From IMG/VR virus record IMGVR_UViG_3300042989_000017: a stretch of DNA of 64,000 nucleotides. One strand, 5' to 3'. Each line of letters begins with the position of its first letter. Position 1 is the first letter of the stretch. The notes under the pieces are model-generated. The model was not told the DNA's origin. It worked only from the letters and a program-made list of their open reading frames with translations, and ran no database searches. Below are positions 10,555 through 20,322 of this stretch, one piece after another. Made by a program: the position numbers and the translations under genes. The DNA is from an uncultured virus (IMG/VR IMGVR_UViG_3300042989_000017) (Duplodnaviria > Heunggongvirae > Uroviricota > Caudoviricetes).

Positions 10555-10563
10555 AACCTCTCC

Positions 10564-10614
10564 TTGATACAAAATCCCTACTGAGTTAAACTAAAACTAT
10601 ACTTAACTCAGTAG
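10564..10614 (+). promoter_or_regulatory. sigma70-type promoter overlapped by a 12-bp inverted repeat
   Basis: TTGATA-17 bp-TAAACT; CTACTGAGTTAA (10578-10589) / TTAACTCAGTAG (10603-10614). Confidence 0.55.
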
Positions 10615-10625
10615 AGAACCTCCTA

Positions 10626-10949
10626 ATGGCTGCCGAAACAGCGACAACCTTTCTAGGTCTAAAATACTCTGCAACAATCGCTGGTTTCTTAGGCAGTATT
10701 GTTGCCTTAACATTTCTAAAAGAATTGACGCATCCTCAAATGTTAGCTGCCATTATTACTGGCGTAACCACCTCCTGCTATACAACACCTATTTTCATGT
10801 ACTATTTTGGCTTACCGACTAGCATCAACGATGGCGTTGCCTTCATCGTAGGCGTAGTCGCTATGAATTTAATTCCTGCTTTGATTAAGCTCTCAGAGGG
10901 GATAAAGGCAGACCCTCTAAGTTTAATCAAGAAGCTCATTCAGAAATAG
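10626..10949 (+). CDS. Putative holin (3 TM)
   Basis: 107 aa with three hydrophobic helices and a basic C-terminus. Confidence 0.6.
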   Translation: MAAETATTFLGLKYSATIAGFLGSIVALTFLKELTHPQMLAAIITGVTTSCYTTPIFMYYFGLPTSINDGVAFIVGVVAMNLIPALIKLSEGIKADPLSLIKKLIQK

Positions 10950-10960
10950 AGGACTGCCAC

Positions 10961-11239
10961 ATGGAACTCCACAACCTATTTACGGTTATCAACATTTTCT
11001 CTCTCAGCATTATCCTCATTCAGAGTTTGTTGATTATCAATCGAATGACTCCGAGTACGTCTCATACTTTACGCTCGGCGTATGTTTTTATTGGGTTTGG
11101 GGCCTTCGGCGGTTTACTGACACCTGAAAACTTCTCTATCGCATCGCTTCTGATGACTTGGGCTATTGCCTATCTTATCTCTATTTTAAAGCCTGAAGTT
11201 AAAGACATCACAGGCGTTCACAAAGCTTTATTCTTTTAG
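10961..11239 (+). CDS. Small membrane protein (holin/antiholin-like)
   Basis: 92 aa with three hydrophobic segments, adjacent to the holin-like gene. Confidence 0.5.
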   Translation: MELHNLFTVINIFSLSIILIQSLLIINRMTPSTSHTLRSAYVFIGFGAFGGLLTPENFSIASLLMTWAIAYLISILKPEVKDITGVHKALFF

Positions 11240-11250
11240 GACTTAACACT

Positions 11251-14200
11251 ATGGCTAATCAATGGTTAACAGGCACAGGGACACCGTCCTTAGCTGTAGG
11301 CGTTACCACAGACTATTACCGAGATACGGCAAGTAATTTTGTTTACTACCGCGAAAATAATTCGACATGGGCTTTAGTCCCTGCTTTCATTCCAAACCCT
11401 GATGGCATAGGTACAACTTGGCTGCACGGCAACACTCCGCCTTTGACGAATCAAGGTAGTGACGGGGATTATTATTACGATGAAGTACAGCAAATTGTTT
11501 ACCGCAAAGACAATCTTGACTGGGTTGCAAAGGGCAGTTTAGATTTTATCGGTATCTATGGTGTGCAGTGGGGTAATGGTTTAGGTGCTCCTGCAAACAC
11601 CGCGCCCTTGAATGCTTTACCTGCGGGTTCTTTTTACTTAGATGTAAATACTTCTGACATCTACTTCAAACCCCCCTCTTTGGTTTGGGAGTTGAAAGGT
11701 CAACTAGGTCTAGGTGGCGGCGGAGAAGGCAGTTCGATCACCGTCGAAGACGTCCTTACATCCACCAGTACCGACAATGCTCTGTCCGCAGCTCAAGGTA
11801 AAGTCTTAAAAGATACGATTGACAGCTTAAATACAGAGACCATAGGGGCAGAACCTGTAGGGGCGGTAGCAGATCACGTTGCTACAACCGACCCACACGG
11901 TGACAGAGCCTATGCAGTTCAACGTGCAAACCATACAGGTACACAATTAGCGACGACCATTTCGGATTTCAGCGCAGCAGTCTCAACTATCTCCCCTATA
12001 CAAAGCGTATTAGGGCGCACAGGAACAGTTACAGCCCAAACGGGTGATTACACGGTAGCTCAAGTAACTGGCGCACAATCTACAGCCAACCTAAGCACAG
12101 ACACCTCGTTAGCAGGCGGAGCAGGTACTTATCCGAACTCACCTGCGGTTAAGGCTTACGTTGATGCTCAAACAGCAGGATTGCTGCAACTGCGTGGAGG
12201 CTGGGATGCTTCGGGTAATTTATTCCCGACAATAGGTGGTAGTGGCACAGCAGGGGCAGTAGATGTAGGCGACACTTGGTATGTTATTGTCGCAGGTACC
12301 CTCGCAGGTAAAGACGTTGTTGTAGGCGATGGTTTCTTTGCAAACGTGGACACACCTGCACAGACTAGTGCAGATTGGACACAGTTTGAGGCAAATGCTG
12401 GATTCACTGCTGAGAGTGTAGCAAATAAAACACAAACTTTATCGGCTAGTGCAACAAGTTACCCAAGCAACGATGCTGTTATCGCTGGCTTGACTCCTAA
12501 AGCGGATAAAACAACTACTGTAGGTGGAACCACTGGACGTATCACAGGCGGTGGAGATCTATCAGCCAACCGTGCATTTGACCTAGCAACGGCGGGAGCA
12601 GGTGCGGCAAACGTAGGCGGGGCGAGTAAAACAATCAGTACCAGTGTTGATATTTACGGTCGCACTCTGACTTTAAGTGAGCAACCGATTGCGATTGCTA
12701 CAAGTCAGGTAGTAGGATTGGATACAGCCTTGAGTGGTAAGCAACCTATTGACACGACTTTGACGGCACTTGCAGCTTACAACACAAATGGCCTGGTGGT
12801 ACAGACATCGGCAGAGACTTTTGTCGGGCGTAGCTTGGCCGACAGTTCAAGTATAGCTTGGACTAATCCTGCGGGAGCAGTAGGTAACCCTAGTGCGAGC
12901 TTAGTTGCCACAGGGGTTACGGCTGGAACCTACGGTAGCGCAACACTAATACCTATCCCTACGATAGGCGCAGACGGTCGCATCACAAGTGTCACTACGG
13001 TATCTGTGTCCCCCCCCGCTATCTTGACAGCCACAGGAAGTTTCACAGCTCTAGCTAATAGAACCTACGAGTGGGGAGCTAGTGTGACGGGAGCTATAGC
13101 TATAACTTTACCCGCATCCCCGTCTGAAGGGGATGTCGTCGAGATAAGAGACAGTTTGGTTTCCACGCGCTACCCGCAATCGGGTGGCATAACCTCCTTG
13201 ACCATTGATGGAGGCCCAAACTGGGTGTACCTCACGGGTATTCTTCATACAACCAATCTTTTTACAGGCGTTGGTAAGGTCGCGGACTCGGTTTATAAGC
13301 TGAGGTATTCGGCGGCAGACACAACTTGGTATATCTCATTCTCTAATTTAGGTTTCTATGCTAATTCAAGATTGTGGCGACTATACGACGGATTGACAGG
13401 GTACGTAATAAATCAAAATATCTCGGCACTAACCGCAGCGAGAAACATCACCTACCCAAATGCAGATGTTGACTTAGGTAAATTGACGACTACCCCAACC
13501 TACAGCGCAACTACTGGAGTCCTAGCATTCCCTAAACTAGACGGCTCTACAGCTACTAGCCTCAGCCTTGGTAATACCACTGATACGGTTTTCAGGATTC
13601 AGGATGATGGTGATATCACTAAGAAAATAGCTTTTGAAGCTAGTGGTATAGCTACCGCCACCACCAGAACAATTACAATGCCTAACGCAAATGTGAACTT
13701 AGGAGCTATGCGTAGACATGAACTGGTTTTTGGCGGAGGTGTACCGTACGTCCTTCCTTCGAGTGAGGTCTCAGGGTTACTTACAACAATAGAAATGGCA
13801 GCTAGCCCTAGCACCTTCAACATAGACAACATACAAACATCTTTAGATATGGTATGTATCGTGGATGGTTCAACAACTCTTACATCTAGTGTAAGTGCCG
13901 TATTTACTGACTGGTTAGGTAGTACGATAACGTCATTGACTTACAAACGTGGGGATCATTTCCTGTTTGTAGCGGTGTCCAGCACCTCATTTCATGTATT
14001 TAAACGTGGTAGTGTATCAGATGCTAACTTTACTATCCGTAAACAAGGTACTAACTTTGGGTTCACAACATCAATACCTACCCTAGCTACCAGTAGGGTT
14101 CTTACTCTACCTGATAGTGATGTTAACCTAGGTAAGTTAACAAACTCAGCAGTAGCTGTTAATAACATTACTGTTACAGCAAGCCCTTTCACCTACCAAA

Positions 14201-14385
14201 ATACGGCGGCCTTTGATGGTGACGTAATTGTAAATGGCGGCACAGCAAGTAACATTGAGTTTAGCCGAGATGGGGCTACCTTTTACAGCACAGGAATGGT
14301 TGCAGGTATCGTAAGACTCAGCCCTAACGACAGATTGCGGGTAACTTACACTGTAGCCCCTACTCTAACTTATGTTCCACGCTAG
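11251..14385 (+). CDS. Long tail fibre/spike protein
   Basis: 1044 aa, Thr/Gly/Ala-rich; QRANHTGTQ and SV.GRTG.V fibre motifs; internal repeats. Confidence 0.8.
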   Translation: MANQWLTGTGTPSLAVGVTTDYYRDTASNFVYYRENNSTWALVPAFIPNPDGIGTTWLHGNTPPLTNQGSDGDYYYDEVQQIVYRKDNLDWVAKGSLDFIGIYGVQWGNGLGAPANTAPLNALPAGSFYLDVNTSDIYFKPPSLVWELKGQLGLGGGGEGSSITVEDVLTSTSTDNALSAAQGKVLKDTIDSLNTETIGAEPVGAVADHVATTDPHGDRAYAVQRANHTGTQLATTISDFSAAVSTISPIQSVLGRTGTVTAQTGDYTVAQVTGAQSTANLSTDTSLAGGAGTYPNSPAVKAYVDAQTAGLLQLRGGWDASGNLFPTIGGSGTAGAVDVGDTWYVIVAGTLAGKDVVVGDGFFANVDTPAQTSADWTQFEANAGFTAESVANKTQTLSASATSYPSNDAVIAGLTPKADKTTTVGGTTGRITGGGDLSANRAFDLATAGAGAANVGGASKTISTSVDIYGRTLTLSEQPIAIATSQVVGLDTALSGKQPIDTTLTALAAYNTNGLVVQTSAETFVGRSLADSSSIAWTNPAGAVGNPSASLVATGVTAGTYGSATLIPIPTIGADGRITSVTTVSVSPPAILTATGSFTALANRTYEWGASVTGAIAITLPASPSEGDVVEIRDSLVSTRYPQSGGITSLTIDGGPNWVYLTGILHTTNLFTGVGKVADSVYKLRYSAADTTWYISFSNLGFYANSRLWRLYDGLTGYVINQNISALTAARNITYPNADVDLGKLTTTPTYSATTGVLAFPKLDGSTATSLSLGNTTDTVFRIQDDGDITKKIAFEASGIATATTRTITMPNANVNLGAMRRHELVFGGGVPYVLPSSEVSGLLTTIEMAASPSTFNIDNIQTSLDMVCIVDGSTTLTSSVSAVFTDWLGSTITSLTYKRGDHFLFVAVSSTSFHVFKRGSVSDANFTIRKQGTNFGFTTSIPTLATSRVLTLPDSDVNLGKLTNSAVAVNNITVTASPFTYQNTAAFDGDVIVNGGTASNIEFSRDGATFYSTGMVAGIVRLSPNDRLRVTYTVAPTLTYVPR

Positions 14386-14397
14386 GGGGAAACTGAC

Positions 14398-14829
14398 ATG
14401 ATAAACAGTCGAGATTTAAAAGACTTACACCCTGTTGTTGCAGGTAAAGCTTATACGTTTGTCGAACGCTGCCGTCAAGCGGGGGTTGACTTGCTTGTCA
14501 CATCAACGTATCGGGATAAACAATCTCAGGATGCGCTGTATGCTGAAGGGCGTACCCTTGCAGGTAAGGTTGTAACAAACGCCAAAGGCGGTCAGAGCTT
14601 TCACAACTACCGCGTTGCTTTCGACATTGTACCTCTGCGTAACGGTAAACCTGTCTGGGGCACGACGACTCCTGAAGACAAAGCGTTATGGAATAAGCTC
14701 GGTGAGATTGGCGAAGACTGTGGCTTAGAGTGGGCAGGAAGATGGAAAGGAAAGATGATCGAAATGGCTCACTTTCAATATCGAGCAGGTTTAAGTTTAG
14801 AGGATTTCCAAAGTGGGAGAACCTTCTGA
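14398..14829 (+). CDS. Endolysin, M15 family (L-Ala-D-Glu peptidase-like)
   Basis: STYR....Q..LYA.GRT, S.HNY..AFD, WAG.W, HFQ. Confidence 0.92.
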   Translation: MINSRDLKDLHPVVAGKAYTFVERCRQAGVDLLVTSTYRDKQSQDALYAEGRTLAGKVVTNAKGGQSFHNYRVAFDIVPLRNGKPVWGTTTPEDKALWNKLGEIGEDCGLEWAGRWKGKMIEMAHFQYRAGLSLEDFQSGRTF

Positions 14830-15374
14830 TGCCTTTAGTAATCTGCCAGCAGTGTTTAGAGCCTTTTGAGGTTAAGGAAATCAAAGCTTCTCAACCTAGA
14901 AAATTCTGCGCTATGGCTTGCAGCAATCGCTCCAGAGCTAAGTACCCTGATCTGTCAAAAGCGGAGTACGATAAGATTTACAGAGTTAGGAACATAGGTA
15001 GAGAAGACCTTAAGGTCTTAAGACGAGCTTCCACTATCTTACGAATGAGTAAAATGGGTGAGAGCCTACAAAAAGCAATGTTAATCAGAGCTAAAGCTAG
15101 AGCGGAGAAGAAGGGCATACCTTTTAACTTAGAGCTTTCGGATATAGCTATACCCAGTCACTGCCCTATTTTAGGTGTAAAGTTAGAAGTTTCCTTTAAG
15201 AAGAGTGGGGGAGAACGCGGCTCTCCTTCCTTAGATAGGATTATCCCAAGTTTAGGTTATGTTAAGGGAAACATCATGGTTATCTCAAAAAGAGCCAATC
15301 AGATAAAGACTGATGCCTCCTTAGAGGAGATTGAAAAAGTAGCTTCTTTTTTACAGAAACTCTTTAAGCTTTAG
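14829..15374 (+). CDS. HNH-like homing endonuclease with N-terminal Zn ribbon
   Basis: CxxC...FC..AC; RAK.RA...G.PF.L, CPILG, SPSLDRI.P..GYVKGN..VIS..AN..K; ATG overlaps the endolysin stop. Confidence 0.8.
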   Translation: MPLVICQQCLEPFEVKEIKASQPRKFCAMACSNRSRAKYPDLSKAEYDKIYRVRNIGREDLKVLRRASTILRMSKMGESLQKAMLIRAKARAEKKGIPFNLELSDIAIPSHCPILGVKLEVSFKKSGGERGSPSLDRIIPSLGYVKGNIMVISKRANQIKTDASLEEIEKVASFLQKLFKL

Positions 15375-15384
15375 GAGATGTTCC

Positions 15385-15789
15385 ATGTGGAACCTTTTAC
15401 CTGTAGTCGGTTCAATTATCGACAAACTTATCCCTGACCCGAAACTAGCTGCTGAAGCAAAGTTAAAGGCAATGGATTTAGCTCAGAGTGGGCAACTTGC
15501 GAGTCTTGATGCCGAACTACGCCTGTCTTTAGGGCAAATTGAAGTTAACAAGGTTGAGGCAGGTACAGACCTATTTCGCGGCGGCTGGCGACCTTTTATC
15601 GGCTGGGTTAGTGGTATTGGTCTAGGTATGCAGTTTATAGCTTCTCCTTTGCTTACTTGGGTAGGTATGTTAGCAGGTCATAACGTAGCTTTTCCTGCTT
15701 TGGATATTTCCATGTTAATGACCTTATTGTTTGGTATGTTGGGTTTAGGCACTTTACGGACGCAAGAAAAGTTAAAAGGTATCCAATAA
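15385..15789 (+). CDS. Holin, 3TM (GTA-type) family
   Basis: GWRPFIGW and GMLGLG..RT.EK.KG signature. Confidence 0.8.
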   Translation: MWNLLPVVGSIIDKLIPDPKLAAEAKLKAMDLAQSGQLASLDAELRLSLGQIEVNKVEAGTDLFRGGWRPFIGWVSGIGLGMQFIASPLLTWVGMLAGHNVAFPALDISMLMTLLFGMLGLGTLRTQEKLKGIQ

Positions 15790-16418
15790 TGTATCTTCTC
15801 CGCCTTCAGCCACTTATCAACAACCAGCCTTTACTTTTAAAGCAGGTCGTTGTTTACCTTTCTGACGGCTCTACGCCTGCCAGCTTATTTCATCTGATAA
15901 CGAATCAGGTTATCGGTAATGTGTTTAAGACAGACGCGAGCGGTTTTATTAGCTTCAAAACTCTCGCGCTCAATACACTGACTTTCCGAACACTGGTAGG
16001 TTTAACTCAATCAGGCTCGGCTTACTTGCTTTACGACACTTCCAACCCTTTACCTGCACCAACGGTAGAGACCGAAATCGCTCTCCCTTGTGCAGAGATG
16101 ATTGTTGAAGGTTATGCGGTTAAGGTAAACAGTCTAAATCAACTTGAACGCTGTTCTTCTCACAATCTTGCTCACCTGAATACGCTTATCGGTCTTGCTA
16201 AACAAACAGGAAACATAGGTGACATTGTTGCCGTCTCGGAAGATGAGTTTATGACTAACTCAAGCTGGAACTGGCAACCTGATAAACCCGTGTTCTTAGG
16301 CACAGATGGAGCTTTAACGCAAACGCTAATTGGTGTACTATTTGTACAGCAGGTTGGTGTTGCGTTAACGCCTACCAAAATTGTTATTAGAATCTCACAA
16401 CCTATCAAACGGGCGTAA
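15789..16418 (+). CDS. Virion protein with C-terminal DUF2190-like domain
   Basis: GLA....GD.V, W.W.P..PVFLG.DG.LTQ, VGVA; paralogous to the next gene. Confidence 0.5.
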   Translation: MYLLRLQPLINNQPLLLKQVVVYLSDGSTPASLFHLITNQVIGNVFKTDASGFISFKTLALNTLTFRTLVGLTQSGSAYLLYDTSNPLPAPTVETEIALPCAEMIVEGYAVKVNSLNQLERCSSHNLAHLNTLIGLAKQTGNIGDIVAVSEDEFMTNSSWNWQPDKPVFLGTDGALTQTLIGVLFVQQVGVALTPTKIVIRISQPIKRA

Positions 16419-16440
16419 CAGCCGACAAGGGGAATACTTC

Positions 16441-16953
16441 ATGGCAGGTCAAGCATTTGTAATTATCGACGACACCACTCAAAGCATGGGTGAAGTCAAA
16501 GCAACTCAAGTCGGCGGTGCAGGGGCTGAGAACCTTATCCCTTCCTTAGACTCCGCAGGCCGTTTAGCTACTTCAATGATGCCTGTAGGTGTCGCCCCCG
16601 AAGTAAAAGTTGGCAATGCCTTTGAAGCGATTGCCGCTAACGCTCTCGTCTACATTAAATCAGACGGCACTGTGGCTAACGCTACGGCAGCAGTCTCAGG
16701 CCACTATGCAAAAGGCTGGTCGCAGTCGGCTGTCAGTATCGGCAACCCTGTCACCGTGCAGTTTGAAGGTACCATGACGGGTTTAAGCGGTTTAACTATC
16801 GACGCTACTTACTTCCTAAGTTCTACGGTCGCTGGTGGTATTACTGCTACTGCACCTACAGCAAGTGGTACTTTATGGCAGGAAATTGGCGTGGCTATCA
16901 GCGCAACTGAGCTGAACTTCACAAACGCTGGTACGAAGATTAAACGGGCGTAA
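16441..16953 (+). CDS. Virion protein, DUF2190-like
   Basis: GLSGLT..ATYFLS...AG.IT.TAP...IGVAISATEL. Confidence 0.55.
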   Translation: MAGQAFVIIDDTTQSMGEVKATQVGGAGAENLIPSLDSAGRLATSMMPVGVAPEVKVGNAFEAIAANALVYIKSDGTVANATAAVSGHYAKGWSQSAVSIGNPVTVQFEGTMTGLSGLTIDATYFLSSTVAGGITATAPTASGTLWQEIGVAISATELNFTNAGTKIKRA

Positions 16954-16959
16954 CCTAGC

Positions 16960-17286
16960 ATGAACAAAGCGATCTCGATTGACGACAGCACCCAGCAGCT
17001 TTTAGAAGTTCGGGTACCGACTTTGAAAACAGTCGAGATTGACTTTGGGTTGTCTGCTATCCGCGATAAAACCTTTACGATTATCGATGCTGACGTTATG
17101 CCGACGAGTCTTGTTATGGCGAACCACAGTGCGGCTGCCGCAACAGGGAAGAGTCAAGACGAGAACGAGATGGATACTCTGATACTGAAAGCGGTTAGCG
17201 GCAACGGCCAATTCACCTTATACGCAACTGCTAACCCTACTTTGGTAGCAGGTAAATTTAATATCACCTATCTAGTAGGGAAGTAA
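16960..17286 (+). CDS. Hypothetical virion protein
   Basis: Tightly packed ORF in the late cluster. Confidence 0.55.
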   Translation: MNKAISIDDSTQQLLEVRVPTLKTVEIDFGLSAIRDKTFTIIDADVMPTSLVMANHSAAAATGKSQDENEMDTLILKAVSGNGQFTLYATANPTLVAGKFNITYLVGK

Positions 17287-17287
17287 T

Positions 17288-18127
17288 ATGGCGGCAATTC
17301 ACAATCAGGCAGGCACAAATTTTCTAGCTATTGATGCTTCGGGAAATGCCCCTGTCACTTTACCTAGTAATCAAGTCGTGAACTTACCGACAACGCAACA
17401 GATTGTAAACCGCGATCAGTTCAGTGATATTCCACGAGGCTTAGTCGCTGGAGCAGTCACAAAGTCAATGCAGGGTTATAACGGTTCAGTAGGTACGGTC
17501 TTTGAACCGTTAATCGTCAACTCTGCCGCAGCATACCCTATCGTAAATACGGCCATTACTCTTACCTTGTCCTCAGCTTCCGCTAATGACACAGCGGCAG
17601 GTACGGGAGCAAGAACCGTACTTGTGGAGGGGGTAGGTGCAAACTTTGTCCTGCAAAGTGAAGTAGTCACTTTAAACGGACAAACAGGTGTTAACACGGT
17701 TAGTACCTACCTAGCTGTCAATGCTATTACAGTTCTCTCCGCAGGAACGGGGCTAGTAAACGCAGGAGCAATCTATGCTGGCTTCGGAACAATCACTACA
17801 GGTGTCCCTGCCAGTGTGCTCTCAGCAGTAGCAGTAGGTGAGAATAAATCTCAAGGTTGTATCTACACAGTCCCCGCAGGCTATACATGGGAGGTCACTT
17901 CCTTCTCGGTTGCTTTCAGCGTAGCAGGTCAGATTCAACTAAGAGTACGGAATAATTTAGGATTAGTTTACTCGGATAATACCTTACCCATTGCTGTAGG
18001 CTGTTGGATTTTACCTGCTTACGTTAGCAAGGTTATCCCTGAAAAAACGCAAGTACAGCTGTGGTGCAGTTGTACCTCCACAGGGATTGTCGGTGCAGTT
18101 TTCCAAGCAGTATTGAGAGCAAACTAA
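17288..18127 (+). CDS. Virion structural protein
   Basis: SS.SANDTAAGTGARTV..EG, YTVPAG motif recurrent in phage virion proteins. Confidence 0.6.
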   Translation: MAAIHNQAGTNFLAIDASGNAPVTLPSNQVVNLPTTQQIVNRDQFSDIPRGLVAGAVTKSMQGYNGSVGTVFEPLIVNSAAAYPIVNTAITLTLSSASANDTAAGTGARTVLVEGVGANFVLQSEVVTLNGQTGVNTVSTYLAVNAITVLSAGTGLVNAGAIYAGFGTITTGVPASVLSAVAVGENKSQGCIYTVPAGYTWEVTSFSVAFSVAGQIQLRVRNNLGLVYSDNTLPIAVGCWILPAYVSKVIPEKTQVQLWCSCTSTGIVGAVFQAVLRAN

Positions 18128-18714
18128 TGTACCTACTAAACTTGAACGCGAGTAAAGTCGTTATAAGCTGCTACTTTACAGAAGAAGACGCGGAACTGAC
18201 TGAGACTCAAGTTCAAGTAAGCTGGGCGGATTACCTGACTGTGCTGGTATCTCCGACAACCCCCTTCTGTTTCATCGAAGAACTTCTCCCTATCCCTTCC
18301 CCCTCTATCTACCATACATGGGTAAACTTCGAGTGGGTATTAGACGAGAATAAGTTAATGAAGGCGAGAAATGAAAGGTGGTTGGAAATTCAAGCCGTAA
18401 GAGACCACAGGTTAGATAAAGGCGGATTCAAGATAGGTAATTATTGGTACCATTCGGATCAACCTTCTCAAAGCAACTACACAGACTTGTTGATGATGGG
18501 GTCTAATGTCCCCGCAGGTTTGATGTGGAAAACGATGTCGAAAGCGTATGTGGAGATGACCTCCCCAATAGTGGGGCAACTACTTTTTCGGAAAGTTACG
18601 CAGAAAAACCTCACCTTCCAAGCGGCGGCATTGCATGAGATAGCTATGAAGCAATCCGCCGACCCACTTAATTATGACTTCACCACAGGCTGGCCCCCTA
18701 TCTACGGAGAATGA
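18127..18714 (+). CDS. DUF4376-like tail fibre assembly protein
   Basis: IQA.RD.R...G, HSD..SQ, WKTM, YDF..GWP. Confidence 0.7.
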   Translation: MYLLNLNASKVVISCYFTEEDAELTETQVQVSWADYLTVLVSPTTPFCFIEELLPIPSPSIYHTWVNFEWVLDENKLMKARNERWLEIQAVRDHRLDKGGFKIGNYWYHSDQPSQSNYTDLLMMGSNVPAGLMWKTMSKAYVEMTSPIVGQLLFRKVTQKNLTFQAAALHEIAMKQSADPLNYDFTTGWPPIYGE

Positions 18715-18717
18715 GCA

Positions 18718-19230
18718 ATGTCTTCCAAAGTCCGCTTAGTTTTCAGCAACAGTTCTCTGCCTCTGAGTCCGATTATACGGGCCGTTACACGGCTAAAGAC
18801 AGGGAGACCCTGTAGTTGGAGCCACGTAGGTCTAGTGCTAACTAATGAGAGCCACCTTGACAACACTGCGGTGATTATCGAGTCCACGTTGTCACATAAA
18901 GGGGTAAACCTAACCTCTCTCGGTGACTTTAAGCGTCGAGCAAAGACATGGTGTTTGGTTGAATTAGAAGAAGAAGTTGAAGATTTTGAAGCGATGGTAG
19001 CTATCGCTAAGTCCAAACTGGGTAAGCCTTACGACTTATCAGGTATCGCAGGACTCAGCATTAACCGCGACTGGCAGGAGAATGACAGGTGGTTCTGCTC
19101 AGAAGACGTAGCAGATACCTTAAAACGTAGCGGATTTAAACGGTTAGCGGGAACTACGAACGTGCATACCGTGTACCCTCAAGCGTGTTTCGATTGGCGG
19201 CACACCGTCTTAGATAAGAGTGTTTTCTAA
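18718..19230 (+). CDS. Permuted papain-like (YiiX/YebB) amidase
   Basis: WSHVGL, GKPYD, WFCSE. Confidence 0.8.
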   Translation: MSSKVRLVFSNSSLPLSPIIRAVTRLKTGRPCSWSHVGLVLTNESHLDNTAVIIESTLSHKGVNLTSLGDFKRRAKTWCLVELEEEVEDFEAMVAIAKSKLGKPYDLSGIAGLSINRDWQENDRWFCSEDVADTLKRSGFKRLAGTTNVHTVYPQACFDWRHTVLDKSVF

Positions 19231-19482
19231 ACAGGTTCGGATTCTTTTTAGATTAGCGGGTTTCATCCTTGAGTCACCTGAAAAGAACCTCACAAGCTGG
19301 GGAACGGTAACGTAAGCGTTTACGTTACAAAAAGCAGTTAAAGTTTTGAATTTTGCAATTATCTCAGCCCTTAGCTCTTGTCTCTCTTTAAGAGAAAGAG
19401 CTATATAATCAGGGTGGTTGTCACGGTAAAAGGTAATTGGCGAACCACCCCTTGATATATCAACCCAACCTATATAAGACAT
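19210..19482 (-). CDS. Hypothetical protein (possible HTH)
   Basis: 90-aa ORF, last gene of the - strand block. Confidence 0.5.
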   Translation of the reverse strand: MSYIGWVDISRGGSPITFYRDNHPDYIALSLKERQELRAEIIAKFKTLTAFCNVNAYVTVPQLVRFFSGDSRMKPANLKRIRTCLENTLI

Positions 19483-19538
19483 AAGGTGTACCTGTTTTAT
19501 AAAAGAGAGCTAAATTAAAGACTTAGCTCTTAGGTTGA

Positions 19539-19580
19539 GGTGTTATGCACCTGCGGTAGGTGTCTAATACTGAGTTAGGC
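19539..19580 (+). mobile_element. attI-like integron recombination site
   Basis: GTCTAAT-ACTGA-GTTAGGC simple site, with GGTGTTATGC whose GTT is 32 nt upstream of the core GTT; same layout as attI1 as I recall it. Confidence 0.55.
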
Positions 19581-19973
19581 ACTCCAATCATCGGTTATCG
19601 CAATCATGCCGTCTGGTAGTTCTCGTGCCGTAAACTCAACGTTTCCGCCATAATAGCCATTGCTACTATTTCTAAAAACTATGTCGGCATAACCTTTATC
19701 AGTAACTATCTTGTAACCGTACACTTCGTCTTCCTCTTGTCGTCCTCGCCCATCGTCTGTGTTGTAACCTTTCATATCTACATCATCAACGCTTATAACA
19801 ATGCCGCCAATTAAAGCGTTAACGCCCGTAATATCGGCAAACCAAGTTTCAGAACAACAATCGCCATAAGCATCGTAAATTGTTCTTGTTCCGTCTTGGT
19901 GTTCAAAAGCCAAAACATCTTCGCCAACACTAACGCTAAGGCCAGTGATTATTTTACCTATAAGCTCTTTCAT
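19575..19973 (-). CDS. Cassette 1 gene, conserved phage hypothetical (DCCS.TW...RN.SNGYYGG)
   Basis: ATG with AGAGGGG RBS; stop lies inside the GTTAGGC core. Confidence 0.75.
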   Translation of the reverse strand: MKELIGKIITGLSVSVGEDVLAFEHQDGTRTIYDAYGDCCSETWFADITGVNALIGGIVISVDDVDMKGYNTDDGRGRQEEDEVYGYKIVTDKGYADIVFRNSSNGYYGGNVEFTARELPDGMIAITDDWSA

Positions 19974-19994
19974 AATAGCCCCTCTGTAAATCGT

Positions 19995-20118
19995 GTCTAA
20001 CTCAGCAATCAAGCGCGATAAACACCCAGCCATTTATCGCTTATTTGCTTAAATCTTGAGTCTCGTGTTAATGTTTAGTTCAGTTGGGTGTTTACGCCTT
20101 ATTGCTTGGCCGTTAGAC
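19995..20118 (+). mobile_element. attC-like site 1 (124 bp)
   Basis: GTCTAAC-TCAGC-AATCAAGC...CCTTATT...GTTAGAC with inner stem TAAACACCCAGC/GTTGGGTGTTTA and an extra C in L''. Confidence 0.75.
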
Positions 20119-20119
20119 G

Positions 20120-20308
20120 CTACTCTTTGCTTGCTCTATCCAAGCATCGTTTAAACCATGCCGCTGTCTTTTGCATTGCGTAAAAATCACGTTTCGCAAT
20201 TGCCCATTCCTCATTTTTTGGCAGGTATAACCAGTAAAAACAAATACAAAAGCCAGTAAATAAGCATATCAAGCAAAAAATAAACGCTAGTCCGCTGTCA
20301 ATCATCAT
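20120..20308 (-). CDS. Cassette 2 gene, small membrane protein
   Basis: GAGGA RBS; N-terminal hydrophobic helix; fills the space between two attC sites. Confidence 0.65.
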   Translation of the reverse strand: MMIDSGLAFIFCLICLFTGFCICFYWLYLPKNEEWAIAKRDFYAMQKTAAWFKRCLDRASKE

Positions 20309-20322
20309 CGTTAATCCTCGCT

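Noticed and set aside
9541..14385. Diversity-generating retroelement acting on the fibres
   Set aside because: No reverse transcriptase and no TR/VR pair differing at adenines was seen
19974..20033. N-terminal extension of ORF 19575..20033
   Set aside because: It reads through the attC-like site; the ATG at 19973 has the RBS
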